From the NCBI GenBank assembly GCA_965369655.1, contig CBDUQR010000011.1:1-64000 (forward strand): 64,000 bases of DNA, written 5' to 3'. The notes below the pieces were generated by a model. The model worked only from the letters and a program-made list of their open reading frames with translations, ran no database searches and had not been told where the DNA came from. Each line of letters starts with the position of its first letter. Within the stretch, counting starts at the first letter, position 1. Shown one piece after another: positions 1 to 10,378 of this stretch. Both the position numbers and the translations under genes were made by a program. This stretch comes from an uncultured bacterium. GTDB taxonomy: Bacteria; Zixibacteria; MSB-5A5; JAABVY01; JAHJOQ01.

Positions 1-56
1 AATAGAATAAAACTCTATCTTCTCGATGTGTCCACTTAATCGGGGGAGGTTCAAAC

Positions 57-84
57 GGGGCAGACCATGAGGTCTGCCGCCCAC
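57..84 (-). repeat. REP-like palindrome, family A (GTGGGCGGCAGAC..GTCTGCCCC)
   Basis: Minus strand reads GTGGGCGGCAGACCTCATGGTCTGCCCC; related copies at 18244, 18295, 44417, 63683. Confidence 0.75.
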
Positions 85-110
85 AGCAGCAACAAGACAG
101 AAGTGCAGCG

Positions 111-139
111 TTGACATATAGAGACTTATAGAGTATTCT
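111..139 (+). promoter_or_regulatory. sigma70-type promoter for the HEPN-like gene
   Basis: TTGACA (111-116), 17 bp spacer, TATTCT (134-139). Confidence 0.6.
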
Positions 140-165
140 TCTGCAAGTAAGTGTTGTTTAGAACT

Positions 166-930
166 ATGTCAGCTACAAAAACAAAAATACCAAAGACCGG
201 AACAAAAGCAGGAAACGACTTCTACAAATCTTGGCAAGAGATAAACCAGCTGCTGCATTTTGTGATTTCACTAGTAGGGCAAGTCGAGTTTGTAGCCAAT
301 ACTGCCCATGAGGCGCTTATGGGCGGTTCCATGGATGAAGTTGAAGCAAAACGATTAGAAGACGATTGGGAAAGCAGGAAGGGAAATAGACCTATTGATG
401 AGCTAGAGAGAAATCGCCAGCTTCTCTTAGAGATTGTCCTGGTTCGACATGTCGAGAATTATCTAAATTACCTGTCATCTCTTCTGTTCGAAATATTTGT
501 GGCCAGACCTGAAACATTGAAGTCATCGGACAAGGTGGAACTATCTAAAGTGCTCGAACATGAGTCTATTGATTCGTTGATCAGGAGTCTTGCAGAACAA
601 AAGGTCGAATCATTATCCTACTCATCCTTTGCAAAGCTCGCTGGTTATTTTGTCGACAGGTTTAATCTTCGTCTAGCTGATGATGAGCAGGCACCCGAAT
701 TTACAAAATTCGCTGAAATAAGAAACATCTCTGTACATAACAGGTGCATTATAAACAGTAGATATATATCCAGGTTGGGCGAAAGTGATCACTTAGCCGG
801 AAAGAAAAAGCTGTTATCCATAGAAGATATATACAAACTCGTGCCATTGCTCTTGGATATGGTAAAGAGTTTAGATTCTAGTGCCAGAAAGAAGATGCGA
901 ATTAAGGGCGTTCGCTTTGCTGGTGACTAG
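166..930 (+). CDS. hypothetical protein with HEPN-like RxxxxH motif
   Basis: AT-richer ORF; EIRNISVHNR motif; ATG at 166 preferred over GTG at 151. Confidence 0.6.
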   Translation: MSATKTKIPKTGTKAGNDFYKSWQEINQLLHFVISLVGQVEFVANTAHEALMGGSMDEVEAKRLEDDWESRKGNRPIDELERNRQLLLEIVLVRHVENYLNYLSSLLFEIFVARPETLKSSDKVELSKVLEHESIDSLIRSLAEQKVESLSYSSFAKLAGYFVDRFNLRLADDEQAPEFTKFAEIRNISVHNRCIINSRYISRLGESDHLAGKKKLLSIEDIYKLVPLLLDMVKSLDSSARKKMRIKGVRFAGD

Positions 931-987
931 TAGGTCGGAACCCTGCTATCTTGTTATCCAGACTCAATATCTCCGGCGCAGATGACA

Positions 988-2889
988 TCAAAACGCATAC
1001 AATATTGAGAAGTGGAAACGGCCGCCGGGGTCGTAGCCGGGATAGATAACTCTCTGGCCGTAGTCGAGACGCACCGGTCCGACAGGTGAGATATACTGTA
1101 AGCCTGCGCCGGTCGACACGAGCAGGTTGTCGAACTTGATGTATTGTACGTCTTCGTAGTTGTTGCCGATGTCGACAAACGCCGATCCCCACAGTTTCCA
1201 GAACAACGGTCGCCTGATTTCGTGGTTCGACTGGACAAACACTCGCCCACCCGCGAGGTTGCCCTCATCATCGCGCGGCCCGACATCGTTTGCCGAATAG
1301 CCTCTTATCGTTTTGCCGCCGCCGAGATAGAACCTGTCGACTGTCGGTACGTACGGGTCTCTGGCAGTGCCCTCCACCCATCCTGCGCGATAGTTCCATG
1401 CGTAGATATTCGAACCATAGAAATTCTGGTAGCGCGAGACACTCCCCGATGCTTTCACGAATTTGTTGTCGCCGCCGAGGAATCCACCGACATACTCAGT
1501 GTCGAACCTGATGAACGATCCGCGAATCGGCAGGAGCAGGTTGTTTCGCGTGTCCCGCTCGTACGAGAACAACAGCTTCCGCTTGACGCTTATGCCTTCT
1601 TCCTTCTTGAGTTGATCAAGCTGTTCGATTGGAATTCCAGTGATATTGATCTCCTCCCACTGCACTCCGCCCCATATCCGGCTGATCAGCGAGAGGTCGC
1701 GCGCCGTAGACAATCCGAAATTGATCCTCGATATCCGATAATTCTGCGTTTTGCTTCTGATCCCCGGTTCGACCGCGAATCGCACATTCAGCGGCATTCG
1801 TATCTTGAACAGCCACGGTTCCATGTATTCAAAGGCGAATCTCTCTTTGAGCACCCTCCATTCATCGGCGAATACAAGGAAACTCGAAAACATCTCAAAC
1901 CTGACCTGCCGACCGCGCCCCGAGATATTCCGATTGCCGAATTCAAACGAGAGGTCCCACACGAGATCCTGCTCTTTATCCTGACCCGCTCCGGTCTTGA
2001 TCTTCGCGAACTTCGGATTGCGCTCAATGACCTTCAGCCTGAAATCAGGCCTGACATCATACTCTTTCGCCCGGTCATCCGACTGCGGATTCAACAAGGT
2101 CAGGTCGACAAAACTCGCGAGCCCGGTCGAATAGACTCTCTGTCTGCTGTCGATAATCTTCTGACGGCTGTACAGATCGCCCGGCCTGAGAACCATCTCT
2201 CGAAGGAACGTGTCCGATCTGGTGAACTTAAGGCTGTCGACATGGACGTCACCGAACAGGGTCAGCGGTCCCCTTTCGATCACAAAGAGGACATCGACAC
2301 TGTCAACCCCATCCACCGCTACAACCGAATCGCGGACCGTCGCATACGGATAGCCGGAATTAGCAAACACTGTCTTGATGTCAAATGTCAGTTGCATGAC
2401 CTTGTAAGGATTCAGCGGATCTCCGCGCCTGAGCTTGATAATGTGACCGTACACGGAATTGGTAAACGATCCGAGATCGGTGGGCGAATATGCCTCTCTC
2501 ACGAACAGGCGCGTTCCCTCATCGATCGCTATCCTGATGATCGCGGAGCTGTCATCTGCTACTGCGAATTCCTCGTCGATCCGAGCTTGTACAAAACCAC
2601 TCGAACGATACAGGTAGTTCAGCGCCGCAAGATCGATTCGTTTTGCGTCCTTCCTGAGCCTTTGCTTCTTACTTAGTCTGATTGACTGCCAGAATCCGTT
2701 TTCTTTGGTACGAATCGATCTCTTGATTCTGTCGTCCGAAAAGAACTCGTTGCCTGTCACCTCGATCTTGCTGATAAGCGGCTTCTTGCTCAGCCATTTC
2801 TTCATAGGATCACGCTGTGCCGCAGCCGATCCACAGAGAATCAGCAAAGCGATTGCCATGAGTAATAGTGAGGTCAGGCGACGAATCAT
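988..2889 (-). CDS. BamA/TamA (Omp85) family outer membrane protein
   Basis: Signal peptide, POTRA-like repeats, RFYLGGGKTIRGY motif, C-terminal F; ATGA overlap with the upstream gene at 2886-2889. Confidence 0.88.
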   Translation of the reverse strand: MIRRLTSLLLMAIALLILCGSAAAQRDPMKKWLSKKPLISKIEVTGNEFFSDDRIKRSIRTKENGFWQSIRLSKKQRLRKDAKRIDLAALNYLYRSSGFVQARIDEEFAVADDSSAIIRIAIDEGTRLFVREAYSPTDLGSFTNSVYGHIIKLRRGDPLNPYKVMQLTFDIKTVFANSGYPYATVRDSVVAVDGVDSVDVLFVIERGPLTLFGDVHVDSLKFTRSDTFLREMVLRPGDLYSRQKIIDSRQRVYSTGLASFVDLTLLNPQSDDRAKEYDVRPDFRLKVIERNPKFAKIKTGAGQDKEQDLVWDLSFEFGNRNISGRGRQVRFEMFSSFLVFADEWRVLKERFAFEYMEPWLFKIRMPLNVRFAVEPGIRSKTQNYRISRINFGLSTARDLSLISRIWGGVQWEEINITGIPIEQLDQLKKEEGISVKRKLLFSYERDTRNNLLLPIRGSFIRFDTEYVGGFLGGDNKFVKASGSVSRYQNFYGSNIYAWNYRAGWVEGTARDPYVPTVDRFYLGGGKTIRGYSANDVGPRDDEGNLAGGRVFVQSNHEIRRPLFWKLWGSAFVDIGNNYEDVQYIKFDNLLVSTGAGLQYISPVGPVRLDYGQRVIYPGYDPGGRFHFSILYAF

Positions 2890-5800
2890 TCGAATTCCCA
2901 ACTCAGGTTCAAATTAAGGCGATACAGATTCTCCCGGTCTCGCTGACCGGAAATGAATACATGCTTCGACAGTCTGTAGTCAAAGCCGACCTCCTCGGTC
3001 TTTCCGAAAGTCAATTGACTGGTTCCGTATATGTAGAGACGAGACGATGTGTAAAACCCGATGGTCAGTTCGCTTTCGAGAGGGTTGAGGCGGTGGCCGG
3101 AGCGAGACGGGCTGATTTCGAACGTCTCGACCCCCAGTTTGCGCGAGAAATATCTCGACGCCTGACTCGCCGCAATTCCGGCAGCGCCGAACGTCAGCCG
3201 ATCCTCCCACGAAGATTCTCCAACGGCTTTAAGTGTATCTTCCGGAGCCGTGTCGGTGAAACCGGAGCGCACAGGATTCATGAAGAGCAGAGCTTCGTCT
3301 ATCGTCAGTTCCGACCCCTCGCAGACGTCAATGTTCGGGTCGCTCAAAGTTCGGGTCAGACGCAGACAGATGTCGCTTATGCCGGTCGAATCTCTGACTG
3401 TAGTGGTCAGCTCGACGTCGAGCCGGGGATCGAATTCCTCGACATTGTCGAACACAATCGTGCCGCCCTGCCTGATCGTAAAAGTCCTGTTGAAATTGGT
3501 CATGTAGAACTTGCCGCGCATCGTTTCGAGCGTGCCGAGGAAATTCTCATTCATACCCTCGTCAAGAATGACCAGTTCTCCTCTCAACTCGACATCGGCA
3601 TCCTCGTTTTTGATCCACAGATTCTGAGGGATCGTGATGCGTATGTTGTAGTCAATCGCATCGGTCGTATCGGCAGCTTCCAGCGCGTCCGTCTCAACGT
3701 CATCATAAAACGGTTCGCGATAGACAAACCTTGCAACCTCGACATCGCCCGAGACCATCGGCGGATCGGACCCGGTCACAGTAAGATTCAACTCATCGAG
3801 CATCATCTCGATATCACCAAGATCGTACTTCACCGGCAGGTCGTTTCCAGAAACAGAGAGATCGAAAGCCGGATGCGAAGGCTCGGTGAGATCGATCGAA
3901 CCGGCGACCTCGAAATCTCCTGTATCCTTGTCGCGGCTAAGTTTTCCGACCAGTCTCGATATGACGAGTTCGCGGCGTTCGAGCGTGCCTTCGAATTCGA
4001 TGTTGTCGAGCGGGTCCTCGACGTAGTAGAGCTTGCACTGTCCATGAGAGATATTGACCGCCCCGCTCAGTTCGGGATTGCCCGGCGTACCGGATGCAGT
4101 GACATCGAGTTCGAAGTTCCCTGTCATCCATTCGACGTCATCAAACAACTCCTCCACAAAATTAAAATTCGTGCCGGAAATTGTTAGTGTAATATTCACA
4201 GGTCTGTCATCCAATATTCTCGACTCCCTTGATTCCATCGCAAGGTCGATTGGTAAGAAACCTTGTAGCGTAGACAAATTCTGCTCTCCCTGAAGTCGGA
4301 AATCGTCGAGCATTAGCACGCTATCAACATAAGATATTCCGCCGGTCAAGCTCCCAACAGGCTCTCCACGAAAAGCTGCATCATCTACTATCAACTCGAA
4401 CCCGAATCGGGGAGCGCTAAGTTCTCCGGCGATCCGGCCACCTCCCGAGAGTCTGCCTGCCAAATCGCGCTGATCGTAGAAGTATGGCAACCATGTCCCG
4501 ATTTGAATGGACTGATATGACAGGTCATAATTGATACCGCCATCGTATGAGTAGCGTCCATCGATCCGCACCATTTCGTCTCTACTGGCAAGACGGGAAT
4601 CTTCGATAGTAACACCGCTGTCGTCAAACACAACGATGATCTCCTCCTGATTGACGATTGTCTCGCTGTCGATCTCTGCGATAATATCGCTGAGCGTCAG
4701 CGTCATGGCCTCCTCACCCAGTTCCAATCGACCATTTAATTCGACATCAAATGGGAATACTTCGATCATCGCCGGACCTATCTCGACAAGTCCTGGCTCG
4801 ATTTCGAGCGAAGCGTGCAGGGATTGTCCGGGAAGACCGGCGTATTCCATCGGACCGGAGAATACTTCAGCTCCACCGTCAGGCTCGCTGAAGAACCGTC
4901 GTATATCTATCAGAGTGAAGAAGTCTTTCGAGTAGAAATCGTAGATATGAACCGAATCCGAACTAAAAGATCCGGTCACGTTTGGATCCGCAGTCGGACC
5001 GGTGATATTGAAATCAGCCGTGCCGACCCCGCCAATATCCGCCAGAAATATATCTCCCCTGAACTCGTCAATCGCCCGCAAATCCGCCTGTCCCTCGATG
5101 TCAATCGTCCCGGCGTACTCGAGCCTGCCCCCTATAGACACCGTTGTCGACTTGTAGAACATGTCGAACGGATACGCGAAGATAATCGAATCCTGAGTGA
5201 CGCGGCATTTTCCAGTGATCGAATCTGCTACGTATGATTTCAGACGACTCCATCCGAGTCTGGCATCCAAATCTATCACCATGTTCTCACGCTTGAGTCC
5301 CCGACCCTGCATCACGACATCACCGGTGAAATCCGTATCGAATCCTGTCTCTGTGACGCTGCTGAGATCGAAACCCCGGACCTGACCGGCGAAATCATAT
5401 GTGACAGGTTTATCAGAGATGTCCAGATGTCCGTTTCCGCTGATGTGTCCGCCGAACATCCCGCCTCTGAGTGAGCTGCACGCGATTCGTTTCCGGGAAT
5501 AGGATGCCTCGAGTGCAACATCATCCAGCAGCCACTCGAGAAATGTCCCCGACACCGTGAGTCCCGCATCCAGCGTATCGTTACTGTAGTCAGCGCCTCC
5601 CCAGATCGTGACTCGACCGAAAATCCCGACGCCGGAAACCCGCGAAATCTCGGACAGGGAAACGACAGACGAATCGATTATCGCTGACACCTCAGTCCGG
5701 TCACCCAGTCTGACCTCGGCGTCAAGACTGAGAGCAGACGAATCCGTCACTACCCTGATGTCTTCGAGGGCGAGAAGTGAATCGACCATCGTCACCGTAC

Positions 5801-6413
5801 CGCAGAGTTGCTTGAACTTGATCGACTCTCGCGGCAGTACCAGCGACATAGTATCAAGATCGAGTTGGAGCCTGGAGCCTGCCTTCGACACACCGCAAAG
5901 AATGTCGAGGTTGTCGATTTCGAGCGGGCGACGAGAATCGGCAATCGAAATTGACGAGTGTACAATAAGAAGTCGCTTCACGACGAAGTCCAGGGCCGAC
6001 TCACTGCCATCGTCGTCCTGTCCGAAATCCGGCAGCCGAAGCGTACCGTCCGGATTTCGCTTGATGCTAAGATTTAGGCTGTCGACCAGGACGCTCTCGA
6101 ACATCCAGCGCCTGTGAAGAATATCCGATATGTCGTATCGAACATCCAGGTATTTTACGGTCGCTATTCTGTCGGACTCAGTATCGCCGCCAAAACGAAC
6201 CTCGATGTCGGTGACATAGAATCCAGATAGAATGGAACCACCGATGTCGCCGAGACTGACCTTGACACCGTACTTCTGCTCCAGCGCAAGTTCGAGGAAC
6301 TCGTTGACCCTTCGCTCAACAAAGTTGGTCTTTGTTACAATCAGAAGCGTTACAGCAATGGCCAGCAGGAAGACAAGTATCACTCCGAGCGGTATTTTGA
6401 ACCTCTTACGCAT
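2886..6413 (-). CDS. translocation and assembly module TamB-like protein
   Basis: N-terminal TM anchor, long beta-rich body, C-terminal beta strands; paired with the Omp85 gene; start MRKRFK at 6413. Confidence 0.8.
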   Translation of the reverse strand: MRKRFKIPLGVILVFLLAIAVTLLIVTKTNFVERRVNEFLELALEQKYGVKVSLGDIGGSILSGFYVTDIEVRFGGDTESDRIATVKYLDVRYDISDILHRRWMFESVLVDSLNLSIKRNPDGTLRLPDFGQDDDGSESALDFVVKRLLIVHSSISIADSRRPLEIDNLDILCGVSKAGSRLQLDLDTMSLVLPRESIKFKQLCGTVTMVDSLLALEDIRVVTDSSALSLDAEVRLGDRTEVSAIIDSSVVSLSEISRVSGVGIFGRVTIWGGADYSNDTLDAGLTVSGTFLEWLLDDVALEASYSRKRIACSSLRGGMFGGHISGNGHLDISDKPVTYDFAGQVRGFDLSSVTETGFDTDFTGDVVMQGRGLKRENMVIDLDARLGWSRLKSYVADSITGKCRVTQDSIIFAYPFDMFYKSTTVSIGGRLEYAGTIDIEGQADLRAIDEFRGDIFLADIGGVGTADFNITGPTADPNVTGSFSSDSVHIYDFYSKDFFTLIDIRRFFSEPDGGAEVFSGPMEYAGLPGQSLHASLEIEPGLVEIGPAMIEVFPFDVELNGRLELGEEAMTLTLSDIIAEIDSETIVNQEEIIVVFDDSGVTIEDSRLASRDEMVRIDGRYSYDGGINYDLSYQSIQIGTWLPYFYDQRDLAGRLSGGGRIAGELSAPRFGFELIVDDAAFRGEPVGSLTGGISYVDSVLMLDDFRLQGEQNLSTLQGFLPIDLAMESRESRILDDRPVNITLTISGTNFNFVEELFDDVEWMTGNFELDVTASGTPGNPELSGAVNISHGQCKLYYVEDPLDNIEFEGTLERRELVISRLVGKLSRDKDTGDFEVAGSIDLTEPSHPAFDLSVSGNDLPVKYDLGDIEMMLDELNLTVTGSDPPMVSGDVEVARFVYREPFYDDVETDALEAADTTDAIDYNIRITIPQNLWIKNEDADVELRGELVILDEGMNENFLGTLETMRGKFYMTNFNRTFTIRQGGTIVFDNVEEFDPRLDVELTTTVRDSTGISDICLRLTRTLSDPNIDVCEGSELTIDEALLFMNPVRSGFTDTAPEDTLKAVGESSWEDRLTFGAAGIAASQASRYFSRKLGVETFEISPSRSGHRLNPLESELTIGFYTSSRLYIYGTSQLTFGKTEEVGFDYRLSKHVFISGQRDRENLYRLNLNLSWEFE

Positions 6414-7062
6414 CTCTGCCAACCTTCTGAGAAACTCGCGCGAGGATTCCGGTCGCCTCTTCGAGCCTGTCAGGGTGTCCCACGCCATCCAGCGCCAGCA
6501 GCATCTCACGTATCATCTCGACTGTTGCTCCTGTGTGGACAGCACCAATCATGTGAGAATGCAACTGTACGAAGTCCCCGGTAACCGCCAGCGCAGCGCA
6601 TGTGCAAAGCTCTCGCAGTTCAGGCGGGACGCCGTCGCGTGAAAGAACCTTGCCATACCCTTCCCATATCATCCAGTCATCGAGATCGGGCGACAGAGTT
6701 GAAATCTTTTGTCGCAACGCCTCGTAGTTGCCGCCGTATACGACACGGCAAAGCTCCTCTCCCCTCTTGCGCCACTTGTCCGCAGACCGGCCACTCAATT
6801 CGGCACGTTCCGGAGGTTTGAATCGGGGATAACGCTCTTTGAGCAGCCTCAATCCCTCTATCGCCTTTGGATAGCCGAGAAAAAGATAGCTCTGAAGGAT
6901 AATCTCATAAAGCTCAAGCGCTTTCAAACGCAGCTTCTTAGAATCGTCAAGCAGGGCGCGCACTGATTCATAATCGCCGCGAGCGAGATTGGCGACGATC
7001 AGGATCATAAGCTTCCAGGCGGATGACAACCGATTCCTGTCAGCCTCAGTCGTTGGCGTCAT
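6406..7062 (-). CDS. carboxymuconolactone decarboxylase (CMD/AhpD) family protein
   Basis: YGKVLSRDG..RELCTCAALAV..QLHSHMIGA..GAT pattern. Confidence 0.8.
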   Translation of the reverse strand: MTPTTEADRNRLSSAWKLMILIVANLARGDYESVRALLDDSKKLRLKALELYEIILQSYLFLGYPKAIEGLRLLKERYPRFKPPERAELSGRSADKWRKRGEELCRVVYGGNYEALRQKISTLSPDLDDWMIWEGYGKVLSRDGVPPELRELCTCAALAVTGDFVQLHSHMIGAVHTGATVEMIREMLLALDGVGHPDRLEEATGILARVSQKVGRDA

Positions 7063-7262
7063 ATGCAAACACAACCTTTAGTCTCAGGCAGCACAACAGC
7101 TTATATAACCGAGCATTCCTCCGGGTGTCAAGAAACAAGTGTCAGCATTGCCCTCGGGAATTCGGGTCCACAGAGTGCAGTGCTGACTTGTTGCGGCTTG
7201 GACGCATCTGTGAATATGGGAGCAAACACAATGCCCATCATACGATAATTTTCAGAGATCAC

Positions 7263-7291
7263 TTGACATTATTCAACTTTTCTGTTATTTT
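7263..7291 (+). promoter_or_regulatory. sigma70-type promoter for the kamA-like gene
   Basis: TTGACA, 17 bp spacer, TG-n-TATTTT. Confidence 0.55.
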
Positions 7292-7447
7292 ATTATAGAA
7301 TAGAGTGAGGCCCGATCCTGACGACGACTTTGACGCTGACCGCAACAGTCTTCAATCGGCAACCACAGCTTCGCGACAGTTCTCGGATGATCGCGGTCCA
7401 GATTCGATTCCTACGAGGCCGATCGATCTCGACGAAAGGAGTGTCCC

Positions 7448-8587
7448 ATGTCTGCCAAGACCGCCCACAAGGATGTCGGACGGGAAACCCGGGGACGGTA
7501 TATCTCCAGTGTTGATAGTATTCCGCAGTTGTCTCGGGCTGAAAAGTCTGAACTCATGGAAGTTGCAGCCAGATTCCCGTTCAGAGCTAACGAATACTAC
7601 CTCAGCCTTATCGACTGGGATGATCCCGACGACCCAATCAGGAAAATCATTATCCCGCATCCTAACGAACTCCGAAGCTGGGGGAATATAGACGTCTCAG
7701 ATGAGGAATCAATCACGGTAACCAGGGGTCTGCAGCACAAATATGCTTCTACAGTTCTGTTGCTGGTGACCGAGATATGCGGCGGTTATTGTCGATTCTG
7801 TTTTCGCAAAAGGCTGTTCATGAACGACAACCGGGAAGCCGGGTTTGACCTCGACGAGGCAGTCGATTACATCTCGAATCATCCGGAAGTCAGCAACGTC
7901 CTGATTACCGGTGGCGATCCGCTGGTATTCTCGACATCGAAGCTCGAAACTATCATCTCTGCGATATCCAAAATCGAACATGTCAGGATCATCCGCATCG
8001 GGACCAAGATACCTGCTTTCGACCCATTCAGGATCATCGATGATCCGAGCCTGCCGGAGATGCTGAGAAAGTACTCTCTGCCGGGAAGACGAATCCACCT
8101 CATGTGCCATTTCGACCATCCGAATGAGTTGACTGACACCAGCCGTGAGGGGATCAAGCTCATGCAGCAGGCGGGTTTGATCTGCGTAAACCAGAGCCCG
8201 ATCAGCAAAGGTATATCCGATGATCCTGCGGTCATGGCCCAGTTGTGGAACGAGTTGTCGTACATGGGCATCCCACAATACTACGTATTTCAGAATCGCC
8301 CAACAGTAGGGAATGAACTGTTCCACATACCACTTGTAAAAGCCTATTTCAGCATCGAAGAGGCCAGAAGACGCTGTTCAGGCCTTGCAAAACGGGCGAA
8401 ATACGTCATGTCGCATTCGACCGGCAAAATTGAGATACTCGGCGTCGATGGAAATTACATCTACATGAAGTACCATCGAGCCAAATTCAGCAGGGATGAG
8501 CAGCGGTTTTTCGTCTGCCACCGCGATGATGACGCCTACTGGCTCGATCAACTCGAAATGATCGACTCCATGCAGAGGACAGGATAG
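7448..8587 (+). CDS. KamA family radical SAM protein (lysine 2,3-aminomutase-like)
   Basis: GLQHKY, CGGYCRFCFRKR, LITGGDPL, HFDHPNE motifs; SD AAGGAG. Confidence 0.9.
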   Translation: MSAKTAHKDVGRETRGRYISSVDSIPQLSRAEKSELMEVAARFPFRANEYYLSLIDWDDPDDPIRKIIIPHPNELRSWGNIDVSDEESITVTRGLQHKYASTVLLLVTEICGGYCRFCFRKRLFMNDNREAGFDLDEAVDYISNHPEVSNVLITGGDPLVFSTSKLETIISAISKIEHVRIIRIGTKIPAFDPFRIIDDPSLPEMLRKYSLPGRRIHLMCHFDHPNELTDTSREGIKLMQQAGLICVNQSPISKGISDDPAVMAQLWNELSYMGIPQYYVFQNRPTVGNELFHIPLVKAYFSIEEARRRCSGLAKRAKYVMSHSTGKIEILGVDGNYIYMKYHRAKFSRDEQRFFVCHRDDDAYWLDQLEMIDSMQRTG

Positions 8588-8653
8588 CTGAAGATCATTT
8601 CCAATCCCGCATAGCCTATTTAGAATATATATATGCAGGCGTTGCTTCCGCTA

Positions 8654-9013
8654 TCATCGCGAGGAGCGACAGCGACGTGACGATCTCAGTTGTCAGTCCT
8701 GCTTGCGCATCGCTCTCGTCACATTGGCGAAGGGGATGTTAAAGAACCCCCTTACAAGTGCTCGCGGGGGCTGTGCCCCTGCGGATTCTGTGCTGTATCT
8801 ACTTGCTGTGCAGTAAGCTGAGAACACAGCGGCACAGCCACTGTGTGCACACAACGATGTGACGAGACTTTTTCAACAAGCCTGCAGGTAAGGGTCCAGG
8901 CAAGTTTTTCAAGTCTGTAACATTTACGCTTTCTGAAACTGGTTCTGGATTCCCGCCTTCGCGGGAATGACGACGGCTGGTAACTGACTGGCATGCATTA
9001 GATTGCCACGCTC
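8654..9013. repeat. mosaic of nested palindromic repeats (RPE-like, REP-like, dRS3-like)
   Basis: TCATCGCGAGGAGCGACAGCGACGTGACGATCTCAGTT (8654); GGATTCCCGCCTTCGCGGGAATGAC (8947); homologous to 18191-18456. Confidence 0.75.
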
Positions 9014-9048
9014 CATGTGGTAGCTTGAAAAGACGGATCGGGCGGAAA

Positions 9049-10356
9049 TTACTTCTTGCCCCTACTGCGGTTCAGTTCCCTTTCGAGATATTCCAACTCT
9101 TTCATCTGTCGGCGCAGTTCGAGTCTCAGCGCGGTGATCCTCGCCTGCATCTGCCGTCGGTAATCATCCTCTCCCATGAGTTGCTGAATAGGAATCTCCC
9201 GGATGTTGGCTGCGCTGTCGATGGGCATGCCCATCTGATCGACTTGACCGATGATATTCATCGCCTCCACTGACGAAAGCTGGACGGCGATACTGATATT
9301 CCGCCCCCCTCTCATCACAGAGAGGTTGACGACGTCTCCCTTCCTGCCGGTGGCGATGAGCTTCCGAAGCTGGTTAGAGTTCACCACCCGGCGTCCGAGG
9401 TACTGGGTGAGAATATCACCAGAGCGAATACCCGCTTTCCACGCGGGTGAGTCCTTCATCACTTCGGAAATTATCACGCCGTGCCTGACATTAAACGCTC
9501 TTGCCGCCCACGCCGGATCCATGTCCTCCGGCCTGATACCGAGAAATCCCTTTCCTCTTCGCTCGCCCTCGATAAGGCGTGTCGCCGACTCGCTGACATC
9601 TGAGGATGAGATCGCAATGATAACGCCTGTGCTCGGGAGCTCCATCTCTGCTCCGGTGAAATCGATAGCCGATGTTCCCAATGAAGATTCCCTGACCAGC
9701 CGGACATGGCCGAGGGTCACCGGCTCAGTCAGTTTTGCAGAGATCAGGCCGACCATCCGGCCATCCACATCGACGACCGGTCCGCCTGAAAAGCCGGGAG
9801 CGAGATTGGCGGAAACCTGAAGGCTGCCGTTGCTCCTGTAACCGACTGCAACCGCGAGATTCGCAGCGTTGGGAATCCCGAATGAGTTTCCAACTGCAAA
9901 GAGTATCGATCCTGCAGCGACCGGATCGGATGTTCTCAGAGGGAGAGGAGAAAGTTGATTTGGAGCTATCTGCAACAGCGCAATATCCCGGTCCGGGTCT
10001 ATCCCACTTATGATCGCCTTGAACTTGCGTCCATCTCGAGCAAATACTTCGAAATCACTCCCGCCGCGAATCACATGGCCGGTTGTCAGGATATGCCCGT
10101 TCGTGTCATACACGACGCCGGTCCCGATCTGAGTATCAATCAAATCAGGATTAAACGGGAACAGACCGCTGGTCGGAGAACCGACCTTGCGATAGGTGTG
10201 GATTGTCACTACCGAGGACTGAACGCGATGCAGCAGATCCCTGATCTCCCGATCGAATTCCTTCAATGTCTCAGCACTGAGATCTGAATAGATAAGAAGT
10301 AGAGTTATGAGAAAGAAAAACGAGACTCTGCGATATGTTGCTTTGGGAGCGGGCAT
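9049..10356 (-). CDS. HtrA/DegP-like trypsin serine protease with one PDZ domain
   Basis: TTGHVI, DIALL, PGFSGGP triad motifs; GFLGI PDZ loop. Confidence 0.88.
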   Translation of the reverse strand: MPAPKATYRRVSFFFLITLLLIYSDLSAETLKEFDREIRDLLHRVQSSVVTIHTYRKVGSPTSGLFPFNPDLIDTQIGTGVVYDTNGHILTTGHVIRGGSDFEVFARDGRKFKAIISGIDPDRDIALLQIAPNQLSPLPLRTSDPVAAGSILFAVGNSFGIPNAANLAVAVGYRSNGSLQVSANLAPGFSGGPVVDVDGRMVGLISAKLTEPVTLGHVRLVRESSLGTSAIDFTGAEMELPSTGVIIAISSSDVSESATRLIEGERRGKGFLGIRPEDMDPAWAARAFNVRHGVIISEVMKDSPAWKAGIRSGDILTQYLGRRVVNSNQLRKLIATGRKGDVVNLSVMRGGRNISIAVQLSSVEAMNIIGQVDQMGMPIDSAANIREIPIQQLMGEDDYRRQMQARITALRLELRRQMKELEYLERELNRSRGKK

Positions 10357-10378
10357 TCATTCTCCCCCACTCCCCGGA

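Noticed and set aside
1144-4187. Long plus-strand ORFs (510 aa, 439 aa)
   Set aside because: Antisense shadows of the TamA/TamB genes with no motifs
7133-7193. Imperfect palindrome between divergent promoters
   Set aside because: Single copy with no family match; function cannot be supported
7298-7447. Long leader before the kamA-like gene as a lysine or SAM riboswitch
   Set aside because: No recognisable aptamer consensus or terminator
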